A stretch of 64,000 nt of DNA, taken from assembly GCA_021831785.1 (NCBI GenBank), contig JAKBMB010000011.1:129491-193490 (forward strand). The letters are read 5' to 3'. Each line of letters opens with the position of its first letter. Position 1 is the first letter of the stretch. The notes under the pieces were generated by a model, which did no database searches, was not told the origin of the DNA, and saw only the letters and a program-made list of their open reading frames with translations. Source of the stretch: Deltaproteobacteria bacterium. GTDB lineage: Bacteria; Desulfobacterota; Binatia; Binatales; Binataceae. Below, one piece after another: positions 43,190 through 51,556 of this stretch. Position numbers and translations under genes: made by a program.

Positions 43190-43335
43190 ACACCCAACGA
43201 GCATTGCTGGGATTCCTCGCTGCGCTCGGAATGACGGACGAAGCGCTTGGAATGACAGCAATGGCGCTCTGCTTTGTCATTCTACACGCAGCCTATCGGA
43301 GCGAAGAATCCCGAGCCGTTAGCAATTGCTGTAAA
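43190..43335. repeat. repeat family D (GGGATTCCTCGC ... GAATGAC ... GTCATTC ... GCGAAGAATCCCG inverted-repeat element)
   Basis: Shares termini and GAATGAC core motifs with the element at 49.3-49.44 kb. Confidence 0.5.
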
Positions 43336-43440
43336 GTCAGTAATGCCGCCTGAGACTAGGACGCATCGCTGGCTCGTGAGGAAAACACAAATTGGGCGCT
43401 GAGCGAACAGGCGAGCCTGCGGAAAGCCGGTGGCTAGAGG

Positions 43441-43530
43441 GCATCTCATAAGCGCTTTCGCTTTGTCCGTGATGCTGAGCGTTGGTGAATTTTTGAGTAG
43501 TGGGGCGGGCACGGCGGCTCGCCCCACTAG
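43441..43530. repeat. composite repeat: module C (CATCTCATAAGCGCTTTCGCTTTGTCCGTGATGCTGAGCG) + TTGGTGAATTTTTGAGTAG linker + collapsed module A hairpin
   Basis: Same module order as at 50.58-50.79 kb (opposite orientation); module C also at 2.10-2.17 kb. Confidence 0.6.
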
Positions 43531-43604
43531 AGACCTATCGGGCGCAGCCTACGCCGGCATGCGGCAGCTTGCCAAAAATTCACCGGCTCTGAGCGCAGCG
43601 AAGA

Positions 43605-45071
43605 ATGACAAAGGGCGGAACTCAGAATGACATCCGTAGCCTACGGTCATTTATGAGACCACTTCTGGTGCTGGCCGTCACAAGCGGCGCGCCACCGGCT
43701 GAGCGTCGCTTGACCGAAGACCATCTTGCGCTCGGCAGCGAGGCGCAAGGAGGTCTCGTAATCCGTAATCCCACGGTGTCGCGCCGGCACGCGCTTATCC
43801 GACGACAGGCTGACGGCCGCGGTTGGGAGATTCTCGACTTACACTCGACCAACGGCACGTTTGTCAACGGACAGCGGGTAGAGTCGGCCGCCCCGGTGAA
43901 TGTAGGCGACCGGATAACGCTCGGCGCGGTGGCGCTCGAGCTGCGAGCCTTGGCGGCCGCGCCAGGTTCATCCGCCCGGCCAACGCGCAGCGAGCGCCGC
44001 CGCTACGGGCAAAGGCCGCTTCGCCTGGTCGCAGTCGCGCTCGCGTTATCAGCGTGCGCTTTATTTGCGTATGTCGAATTGCGGCCTACTGCGACCAGCA
44101 AGGCACCTGCGGCCCCTTCGCCGGCGCGTCCGGCAGCGCTTTCCTCGCCCTACGCGGCTGCGTCGTCATCGGCTTACCCGGTCGCGCCTGCGGCGGCGTT
44201 CCCTTCGCGAGCCACCGCCGGGGCGGTTGCGACGGCGCCCGAGCCGTGGCTCAAGCGCATAAATTTTTTCCGCGGCTTGGCCAAGCTCAAGCCGCTGGCC
44301 AACGATCCGGCGCTAAGTCATGGTGACTATGACCACGCCCGCTACTTGGTCGAAAATTTCGCCGAGCTAATCCGGCGCAATGACGCCCTGGGCCCCTTGA
44401 TGCATACGGAAAGCCCGGACAAGCCCTGGTACACGCCGCAAGGGCTCAAAGCCGCCCAAAGCAGCGACGTCGAGCAGTGGTACGATTCCCAACCCGCCGC
44501 GCGGCGAAAGAAGATTAACCCGGTAGACGACTGGATGCGCGGGCCATTTCATCGCCTCTCCATTCTTGACTCGGGGCTGAGCGAGGCCGGCTACGGCGTT
44601 TACTGCGAGAGCGGCGTATGCGCGAGCGCGCTGGAGCTGCCCCATAGCTGGCGCGCGGGAGCGGCGCCGGCCGGGCCGGTCATGTTTCCACCGCCCGGCG
44701 CTGCGATACCGTTCTCGCGCACGATTACCGGCGAATGGCCCAACCCGCTGGCAAGCTGTCGCGGCTATCACTTGCCCGCCGGATTGCCCCTCACCTTGCA
44801 ACTGGGGACTTTCGTGCCGGCGGTTCTCTCCGCCCATGCGCTGGCGCTCTCCGGCGCGCCGGTAGAGCACTGCGCGTTTGACGCGGCGAGCTACGCCAAC
44901 CCGAACCCCGCCGACCAGGAATGGGCGCGCAACGTATTGGCCGCCTACGGCGCGATCGTGCTGATTCCGCGGGCACCACTGCGCCGCGGCGTGGCGTACG
45001 CGGTTTCGATCACCGCGAACGGACAAAACTACGACTGGTCGTTTACGGTTAGCGGCCCGCAAGGCCGTTAG
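43605..45071 (+). CDS. FHA-domain / single-TM / CAP(SCP, PR-1)-like-domain protein
   Basis: N-terminal FHA (GGLVIRNPTVSRRHALIRR...ILDLHSTNGTFVNGQRV), TM helix (LVAVALALSACALFAYV), Pro/Ala-rich linker, C-terminal CAP-like domain (LKRINFFRGLAKLKPLANDPALSHGDYDHARYL). The annotated start codon lies inside repeat module B. Confidence 0.55.
   Translation: MTKGGTQNDIRSLRSFMRPLLVLAVTSGAPPAERRLTEDHLALGSEAQGGLVIRNPTVSRRHALIRRQADGRGWEILDLHSTNGTFVNGQRVESAAPVNVGDRITLGAVALELRALAAAPGSSARPTRSERRRYGQRPLRLVAVALALSACALFAYVELRPTATSKAPAAPSPARPAALSSPYAAASSSAYPVAPAAAFPSRATAGAVATAPEPWLKRINFFRGLAKLKPLANDPALSHGDYDHARYLVENFAELIRRNDALGPLMHTESPDKPWYTPQGLKAAQSSDVEQWYDSQPAARRKKINPVDDWMRGPFHRLSILDSGLSEAGYGVYCESGVCASALELPHSWRAGAAPAGPVMFPPPGAAIPFSRTITGEWPNPLASCRGYHLPAGLPLTLQLGTFVPAVLSAHALALSGAPVEHCAFDAASYANPNPADQEWARNVLAAYGAIVLIPRAPLRRGVAYAVSITANGQNYDWSFTVSGPQGR
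43618..43667 (+). repeat. repeat module B (CTCAGAATGACATCCGTAGCCTACGGTCATTTATGAGACCACTTCT)
   Basis: Three copies (2.23, 43.62 and 50.6 kb); all three lie 5' of a gene in the same relative orientation. Encodes the shared peptide (N)DIR.LRSFMRPLL in ORF-track entries. Confidence 0.65.
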
Positions 45072-46368
45072 CCGGGGTTTTCCCGGGCAAGGCGTTGTCG
45101 GCCGTACTTGCGGCGGCGTTTTCGCCGGCCAATTCGCACAGGCGTGCAGCGATAAGTTCCCCGGCCACTCGATGGCCGGTCTGATTCCAATGACCAAACC
45201 CGGTCGGCGTGTTGGAAAAGCCGTGCACGTAGACATGGCTTTTCTGCGCGTAAGCTTGCAGCGGCCTGGCCAAGCCGAGCACCGCGAAGCCGTCGCGCAG
45301 ACCCAGCGCCGCGATGCGGTCGTCGGCGTAAAAAAGATCGTCGAGACCCATCTCGCGCATAAAGCGCTGCCGCACGACAGGCTCGGGCCAGGCCTGTATC
45401 CCCATGTCGAGCGTGGCCACCAAGAGCAGCGCGCGATGGGCGCGGACCGCCGCGTTGATCTCGCCGAGCAGCGCCTCGGTAACGCTCCAGGCCGCGCGCC
45501 AGGCTCGGTCGGCGGGCGGCTTATACACGTTGTAGTTGAGGGCGGGCTCGAAGGGATATTCCGGGGTCGGCCGGCGCGGCGGATGGAGCAAGATTGCGAA
45601 CGCCCGACGCAGCATCGCCAGCGGCGCGACGCCGCGATAGTCAAAGCGCGTCAGGCACCACAAGCGATAGCTGCTCGAGCTCGCAAAGGGGCCGGCCGGC
45701 TCAAGCCGGCCGTCGCGCAGCACGTAAAACGGACGGCACTGATTGCTTTCCAGATTGACCGAGTTGTTGCGAATGTCGTTGCCTAAAAAGACCGCCAGCA
45801 CCACCGCGTCCGGATGATAGCTCCAGACGTCGCGGCGCAGGGTGATCAGCTCCTGGGCGGTGCCGTAGCCGTCAACGCCGAAGTTAATCGCTTCGGGTTC
45901 GCGGCCTTTAAGCGCCGGGCATCCGCGCAGCCGGCGCTCCATGACCGACGAGAAGGTTTGCTCGACCGGCACTTGGATGGCCTGCGTGTAGGAGTCGCCC
46001 AGCACCGCGACGCGGAAGGCGCCCGGCGGCTTTGCCTTGCTATGCTCGCGATCGCGCAGGCCCCGGCTGTTGATCTTCACGTACGCGACGCCTTCGCGCC
46101 GCCACCATCCGCTTGCGCCGGGGCGCAAGCCCCAGCCCCGGTCCGCGTCGTAACAATAGTAGTAGGGAAAGAAATGATTAGCGACGAGCACACCGGCTTC
46201 GACCAGGACCAGCGCGCCCAACACCGCGCCGAACGCCAGCACCGGCGCCAGCAACCAGGTTCTTCTTCTAGTCAATCGCCGCAACCGTTCGCTTGTTGGT
46301 CCGCGGACGATCCGCCCGCGCTCGGTCTCGCCGCTTTGAATCTTCGCTTCGAATCGATACGCGGCCAT
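45049..46368 (-). CDS. membrane-anchored SGNH/GDSL-family hydrolase, paralogue 1
   Basis: N-terminal TM; SGNH blocks I (VLGDSYT), II (INFGVDGYGT), III (VFLGNDIRNN), V (FGHWNQTGH). Confidence 0.6.
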   Translation of the reverse strand: MAAYRFEAKIQSGETERGRIVRGPTSERLRRLTRRRTWLLAPVLAFGAVLGALVLVEAGVLVANHFFPYYYCYDADRGWGLRPGASGWWRREGVAYVKINSRGLRDREHSKAKPPGAFRVAVLGDSYTQAIQVPVEQTFSSVMERRLRGCPALKGREPEAINFGVDGYGTAQELITLRRDVWSYHPDAVVLAVFLGNDIRNNSVNLESNQCRPFYVLRDGRLEPAGPFASSSSYRLWCLTRFDYRGVAPLAMLRRAFAILLHPPRRPTPEYPFEPALNYNVYKPPADRAWRAAWSVTEALLGEINAAVRAHRALLLVATLDMGIQAWPEPVVRQRFMREMGLDDLFYADDRIAALGLRDGFAVLGLARPLQAYAQKSHVYVHGFSNTPTGFGHWNQTGHRVAGELIAARLCELAGENAAASTADNALPGKTPANGLAGR

Positions 46369-46498
46369 GGCACCGAATCGATAAGCCGCCGCCAGGCGCG
46401 TTTAGCGAGCCTTGTTGAAGGCGCGGCCTGCATCGGCTGAGGCGGCTTGCTCGCGAGCGCCAACAAAATAATTGAAGCCGCAAAGCCTCTCCAACGCC

Positions 46499-47716
46499 TC
46501 AGGGCGCCGAATGCGCCGCGGGCGGCCGCGCCGCGGCGTTGCCCCGCAACAACATCGCGCAGACGTCCTCGGCGATCATCTCGCCGCCCAGTTTGTGGCC
46601 CAGCTCATTCCAATGACCGGCGCCCAGTCCCACGTTGCCGAAGCCATGGAGGTAGGCGTGATGCTCGTCGGCATAGAGCTGCATCGTGGGCGCCAGATTC
46701 AGCACGGCGAAGTCTTCACGCAGGCCCAGCGCGGCGATTCTTCTCTCGGGATAAAAAAGGTCCTGGACGCCGAGCCGTTTTTCGTAGGCGGCGCGCCGCG
46801 CTTTATCCGGGTAAACCTGGAAGGCGTCCGAAAGCGTGACGGCGAGGAAACCTGCGTGATGGCTTTGCGCTTCGCGCGCGACCATCGTGATTTCGGCGTC
46901 GGTGGCGCGCCAAGCCACATCCCAGACCGGTTCGCGCGGCGTGACGTAAACCAGGTTGAGCGGCCAGGCTTGCTCCTGGTTCGCGCTGAGTGCTTGGGAG
47001 GAGGCGTTCGCCTCCATCCGCTCGCGCAGAGCGCTGCGCACGCGGATCACAGCGTCGCCGAGGAGGTTGGCGACCTGGGAATCGCGCGACTCATAGCGAA
47101 ACATGCATCGCAAACGCAGCGCGGGAGAATCGACGAACGGACCGCCGAGCACGAAGCGGCCGTTGCGCTCGACGAAAAACGGCCGGCATTTGTTGGGCTC
47201 GAGCCGGACGGAGTTGTTGCGAATATCATTGCCAACGTAAACCGCCAGCACTACGAAATCCGGCGAATATTGCCAGGCGTGGTAGCGCAGGGAGAATAAC
47301 TCTTGCGCCGTACCGTAAGCTCGCACCCCGAAGTTGATCGCTTCGACCTGCTTGCCGGCGAGCGCCGGGCAGGCGCGCAGCCGCTCTTGCATCACCCACC
47401 AAAACGCGCGGTGAAGATCGACCTGGTCGGCTTCGGCATAAGAGTCGCCGATCACCGCGATTCGAAACACTCCCGCCGGCTTGTGCTTGCTATGGTCGAT
47501 GTCGCGCAGGCCGTCGCGGTTGATCTTGACGTAGCCGCGCCCTTCGCGCGTATACAATTCCGCGCCGCCGGGCAGCAAGGCCCACCCGCGCCGGGAGTCG
47601 TAGGTGATCATGTGCACCTCGGCGAAGGGAGTAAAGCGCACGGCGACCTCGAAAAGCAGCGCGGCGAAGATCACGCCGAACATGCAGGCTGCGGCTTTCT
47701 TCCAAAACATTATCAT
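46499..47716 (-). CDS. membrane-anchored SGNH/GDSL-family hydrolase, paralogue 2 (tandem)
   Basis: Same blocks (VIGDSYA, INFGVRAYGT, VYVGNDIRNN, AGHWNELGH); collinear with paralogue 1. Confidence 0.6.
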   Translation of the reverse strand: MIMFWKKAAACMFGVIFAALLFEVAVRFTPFAEVHMITYDSRRGWALLPGGAELYTREGRGYVKINRDGLRDIDHSKHKPAGVFRIAVIGDSYAEADQVDLHRAFWWVMQERLRACPALAGKQVEAINFGVRAYGTAQELFSLRYHAWQYSPDFVVLAVYVGNDIRNNSVRLEPNKCRPFFVERNGRFVLGGPFVDSPALRLRCMFRYESRDSQVANLLGDAVIRVRSALRERMEANASSQALSANQEQAWPLNLVYVTPREPVWDVAWRATDAEITMVAREAQSHHAGFLAVTLSDAFQVYPDKARRAAYEKRLGVQDLFYPERRIAALGLREDFAVLNLAPTMQLYADEHHAYLHGFGNVGLGAGHWNELGHKLGGEMIAEDVCAMLLRGNAAARPPAAHSAP

Positions 47717-48086
47717 TCAGAGTCTTATGCTCCTCATAGCCCTCCCGAGCGCCGCACGCCGCCTCGGCGCGGCGCTGAGCGGCCGCCCCTCGCGCGCTTG
47801 ACTTCCCGCCGAAAGATATTGGTCCGGCGCGGCTTGTTGCAGAGGACGCACCTGATGCGCTTCAACTTTCCTAAGCGCTAGCCGGCGGGCTCTGCCACCT
47901 AACTGCGCCCGAGGCTAGCGCCACGAGCGACGGATTCTCGGTTTGATTGGCGCAGCCCTACTGATCGGCGCGGGCCGACACTCCAGGGCGGATGCTCGCC
48001 GCTTCGGGCCGTGACGCAAGAAGCGTGACGCAGTAACTCGCGCGGCGGCGCGCCGCGCTTTCCGCCGCGGGCAGCAGAGCATGGCG

Positions 48087-48536
48087 TCAGAATGGCCGCT
48101 CCATGCTTTCGCGGCTGCGCTGGCGGCTCGGCACCCGATAGCTCGCCAGCGCCGGCTCGAACCCGCGGCCCAACGCATCGCGCCCCAGTGCGCGCATCGC
48201 CAAACCCACCGGCGCGAACAATCCGTAATACACCACCGCGCACAGCAGCAGCGTGACCAGCCATGCGAACCCGCGTCCTACCTGATTAAGACCGCGAAAG
48301 GCAAAGCTCAAAGCCGGCGCATAAACCAGCGCGGTAAGCCAGAGCAAGAGCGCGACGATCCACGGCCAATAGGGCGTCGGGTAATGGCGCAGCCACGGGC
48401 GAACGAGGCCGAAGATTAGCGCCACGCCCGCTCCCGCGCTGAAACCGAAACGGCGCAGCTCGCTGTGGTCAGCGGTTTGCGCGGCGAAAACGTGCCCCGG
48501 GCCATGCGCGCTCCGTGTTGGCGGCATTGGAGACAT
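48087..48536 (-). CDS. SxtJ-like small membrane protein
   Basis: Two-TM protein with the C-terminal motif YGLFAPVGLAMRALGRDALGR, which resembles the SxtJ family (F.P.GL.MRL.GKDPL.R) as I recall it. Confidence 0.45.
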   Translation of the reverse strand: MSPMPPTRSAHGPGHVFAAQTADHSELRRFGFSAGAGVALIFGLVRPWLRHYPTPYWPWIVALLLWLTALVYAPALSFAFRGLNQVGRGFAWLVTLLLCAVVYYGLFAPVGLAMRALGRDALGRGFEPALASYRVPSRQRSRESMERPF

Positions 48537-48582
48537 GACGTGCCGTTAACCCAAGCGCGGCTGCGCACGCACCGGAAGCGGG

Positions 48583-48822
48583 CTATTCGACATTCGAGTC
48601 ATCGGCCTTGGCCGTCGCGTTCTGCTTCGATTTGGTCTTGGTCGAAGAATCGGACCCGCTCGCGCCGCTCGACGATTTGCTCGAGGTTTCATGTTGGTAA
48701 AGCGTCGTCCCACCGCCGATTCCGGCGAGCAGCGGCGAGAAGCAGCCGAAACCCCCGACCGCGGCCAGCATGATGGCCACGCCGGCCCTGACCAGCTGTC
48801 CCGCAGGGCGAATAGCTTTCAT
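48583..48822 (-). CDS. small single-TM protein with Ser/Thr/Lys-rich tail
   Basis: 79-aa ORF immediately upstream of, and co-oriented with, the SxtJ-like gene. Confidence 0.3.
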   Translation of the reverse strand: MKAIRPAGQLVRAGVAIMLAAVGGFGCFSPLLAGIGGGTTLYQHETSSKSSSGASGSDSSTKTKSKQNATAKADDSNVE

Positions 48823-48977
48823 CTCAGGTTCTTTTCGCCCCGCGTCGATTATCGCCGCCGGCTCCTTGTCCGCCGGCGACTCTGATACGGAGCAAGTGTA
48901 GCAATACTAGCGTTTGCCGCGCGGCCAAACCAGCGGGCTCAGACCCACGCAACTGACGCGCTAAGGTCGGCGGGGTG

Positions 48978-49075
48978 CGCGCGCACCGCGGCGGCCGGGT
49001 GGGCCCAGCTTCGCGCCGCGGGACGCGGGCTTAGCCGTCCGCCGATTGCTCCGGCGCGGCGCGGATCGAGTAGCC
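48978..49075. repeat. about 95-bp direct repeat F, copy 1 (duplicate of the ilvA 3' end region)
   Basis: Near-identical to 51460..51556; ORF-track peptides share SAPRRSNRRTAK(P/A)ASRGAKL.PPGRRGAR. Confidence 0.7.
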
Positions 49076-49294
49076 ATTTTGTGGGTTTGCAAAGAGCGAA
49101 AAAAACCAACAAAACCCTTGCGAGAGTGGGGCGCTAATGGTGTTGCGCGCAAAAGAGGTGCGACAAAGTGCGACGCGATATAACACCACATAACCGATTT
49201 TGTGCATAGGATTTACGTGGCGCCGGCGGGCTCCTAGGCCTTGTCAAAAATGGAGTAGCCTCCCTATTGAGCCCTGCGTATCATAGTGACACTT

Positions 49295-49440
49295 CCGCTC
49301 TTGCGGGATTCCCTGGTCCGTCATTCTCGCGCGTGGCTGGCGCGCGAAGAATCCCGGTCTTTTCGCCCGCCGTGGCAGCGCAATCCGGGATTCCTCGCGC
49401 GCGGAGGACACGCGCGCGGGAATGACACAAAGAGCCGCGG
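49295..49440. repeat. repeat family D, two adjacent sub-copies
   Basis: GGGATTCCCTGGTCCGTCATTCTCGCGCG...CGCGCGAAGAATCCCGG and CCGGGATTCCTCGCGCGCGGAGGACACGCGCGCGGGAATGAC. Confidence 0.5.
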
Positions 49441-49572
49441 CGAAGCGGCAATACGTGTCACTATCTTGTGCAGTCTTCAATAGGCTCGAGTTGCTTCGAT
49501 ACCCTGATTATCATACGTTAGAGATGCCACGTATTCTCCCCCCCGAGAAATTCGCGCTTAAGTGCACCACGG

Positions 49573-49869
49573 CTACTCCGCGCGCGGCTGAACGTCGCGC
49601 TCGATCTGTGCCTGATGTTTCCGCGCTGCCGCGCGCAGATCGTAGGTGCTCTGTAGGTTCAGCCAAAATTGCGGATTGACACCGAAATAGCGGCCAAGGC
49701 GCAAAGCTGTGTCTGCGGTGATCGCGCGCTCGCCCTCGATGATCTGCGCGATACGGTTCGGCGGCACGCGCAGCGCCATCGCTAGCTGGTGCGGGTTCAT
49801 ATCGAGGGGCTTCAGGAACTCTTCAAGCAGGATTTCGCCAGGATGAATTGGGGAAAGCGTCTTAGGCAT
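49573..49869 (-). CDS. higA: HigA-family antitoxin (HTH)
   Basis: MPKTLSPIHPGEILLEEFLKPLDMNPHQLAMALRVPPNRIAQIIEGERAITADTALRLGRYFG is the classic HigA/VapI HTH. Confidence 0.75.
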   Translation of the reverse strand: MPKTLSPIHPGEILLEEFLKPLDMNPHQLAMALRVPPNRIAQIIEGERAITADTALRLGRYFGVNPQFWLNLQSTYDLRAAARKHQAQIERDVQPRAE

Positions 49870-49941
49870 ATAGATACTTGAATAGAGTAAATTTAATGTA
49901 GTAATAGAGTAACTTGAATGCAGTTGCGGTCACAGCCGCCG

Positions 49942-50223
49942 TCAGTGGTAATCAGTGATCTCTACATTGAACGCATCTCCTTCTTTCCAGACGAAACAGA
50001 TCCGCCATTGATCGTTGATCCGGATGCTGTATTGACCTGCCCGGTCTTTTTTAAGGGCTTCGAGATGGTTACCACGATTGATCGCCAGCACCCGCAGATC
50101 AGTCGCGGCATCCAGCACCAGAAGCTTGCGGCGGGCCGCCCGCTGAATCGCGTGAAATCTGACTACGGGTCGATCGTTAAAGATGGCTTCGGTGTCCGAG
50201 TCCTTAAAAGATCGGATCGCCAT
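49942..50223 (-). CDS. higB: HigB-family toxin (RelE/ParE superfamily, 'killer protein')
   Basis: MAIRSFKDSDTEAIFNDRPVVRF...QYSIRINDQWRICFVWKEGDAFNVEITDYH matches the HigB plasmid-maintenance killer family; sits upstream of higA in the usual toxin-first order. Confidence 0.75.
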   Translation of the reverse strand: MAIRSFKDSDTEAIFNDRPVVRFHAIQRAARRKLLVLDAATDLRVLAINRGNHLEALKKDRAGQYSIRINDQWRICFVWKEGDAFNVEITDYH

Positions 50224-50577
50224 TACGCGGATGATATGACGCAAGGCGTTCAATGTCAAGCGTCATTTGCAACGCATGGCCGGCAGACCAGCTCCCGGCG
50301 CGGACCGTTTATCACACGCGTGACAAATGGGAACCCGCCGATATTTCGCTGTGTCGGAGCGAAATAAAAGCCCGTAGAAGGCGCCGAAATACCGCCGGAC
50401 CCACATCCAACACCCTACCCCGCGGCGGAAAAAGAGCCGGAAGGGCGGGTTCCGTGCGCACATGCGGCATTCGTGAGTTCCCCTCTCTCTTCCTTCCCAG
50501 TGGGTCCCTTTCTGGCGCCCTGCCTCGCTCTTTTCACAGCGCTCTGCCGGAGCGCTACGATCAATAGATATTAGAGT

Positions 50578-50925
50578 CACTAAAAATAGTCTCATAAATG
50601 ACCGTAGGGCACGGATGTCATTCTGAGCGTTGGTGAATTTTTGAGTAGTAGGGCGGGCCGCCGTGCCCGCCGCTGCGGCCGCCGTGCCAGCCCGGTTGGC
50701 GGGTCGGTCATTGGCCGCGCGGGCGTGGCGCCCGCGCATCATGGCGGGCACGGCGGCCCGCCCTACTAAGATTGATTTTTGTTTCAGGGCCAAAAATTCA
50801 CAGGCTCTGAGCGCAGCGATTCTATGCTCTTATACCATGGCCTTTCAGCCAAATCGCTTCGCGTAGATGCTTCACTTCGTTCAGTATGACGGCGAAAGCG
50901 AAAGCGTTCATGAGATAGGCCCTAG
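50578..50925 (-). repeat. composite repeat cluster: module B (rc), linker, full family-A element (50640-50790), module C (rc, 50855-50925)
   Basis: Reverse-complement matches to 2.10-2.28 kb and 43.44-43.67 kb. ORF-track peptides MLHFVQ(H/Y)D..SES.HEI are shared with 1952..2155. Confidence 0.65.
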
Positions 50926-51339
50926 ACCGATTTCGGTTCTGCCGACAAACCGTTACTTTACAGGCACTTACCAAAAGCGAACGTCCCTGTTCCGGTGCGG
51001 ATCCGTTCCCGTTACGGTGCGGCTTGCGTTACCTATTGAGGATTGCAAAATATTGAGAGAGCGCAGAGTCGTGGGGGTGGTCTGGTGCTCGCTACGCGGG
51101 CAAGGCCCGCCCGGCCTTCCCCCGCGCGGCGGGGGAAGGTGAGGATGGGGGTGGCAGTAGAGGGCCACGCTCAGAGTCTGCCTGTCACTATAATTCTGCG
51201 GTTCTCAGTAAAATGAGCGAATTTGCCGGCGTTTCTACGAAAGCTCTCGGTCGCGGCCGCTCAATACAAGTTTTCCCTGAACATACTCGTCGACCGTCCA
51301 ACCCACCCGTCTTAGCCTTGGAGCGAAAATAAGTCTTAG

Positions 51340-51370
51340 TGGGGCGGGCCGCCGTGCCCGCCCGTGCTTC
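51340..51370. repeat. half copy (left arm) of family A
   Basis: TAGTGGGGCGGGCCGCCGTGCCCGCCCGTGC. Confidence 0.45.
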
Positions 51371-51459
51371 GCACGAGTCTTCATCGATGAAGTTATTTTC
51401 GCTTCAGGGTTAGCTCTCCTAACGCCCGCTTTTCCGCCGCGCGGCGCTTTCGGATAGTT

Positions 51460-51556
51460 ACCGCGCACCGCGGCGGCCGGGTGGGCGCAGCTTCGCGCCG
51501 CGGGACGCGGCCTTAGCCGTCCGCCGATTGCTCCGGCGCGGCGCGGATTGAGTAGC
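51460..51556. repeat. about 95-bp direct repeat F, copy 2 (overlaps the ilvA 3' end and its downstream region)
   Basis: See 48978..49075. Confidence 0.7.

Noticed and set aside
44367-45644. 425-aa minus-strand ORF overlapping the FHA-CAP gene and an SGNH hydrolase gene
   Set aside because: It is antisense to two well-supported genes and has an Arg/Pro/Ala-rich composition typical of off-frame ORFs in high-GC DNA. The same applies to 19699..20916, 39915..41198, 54957..56411, 59500..60315, 10417..11394, 15445..16260, 46472..47299, 13301..13996 and 17610..18395.
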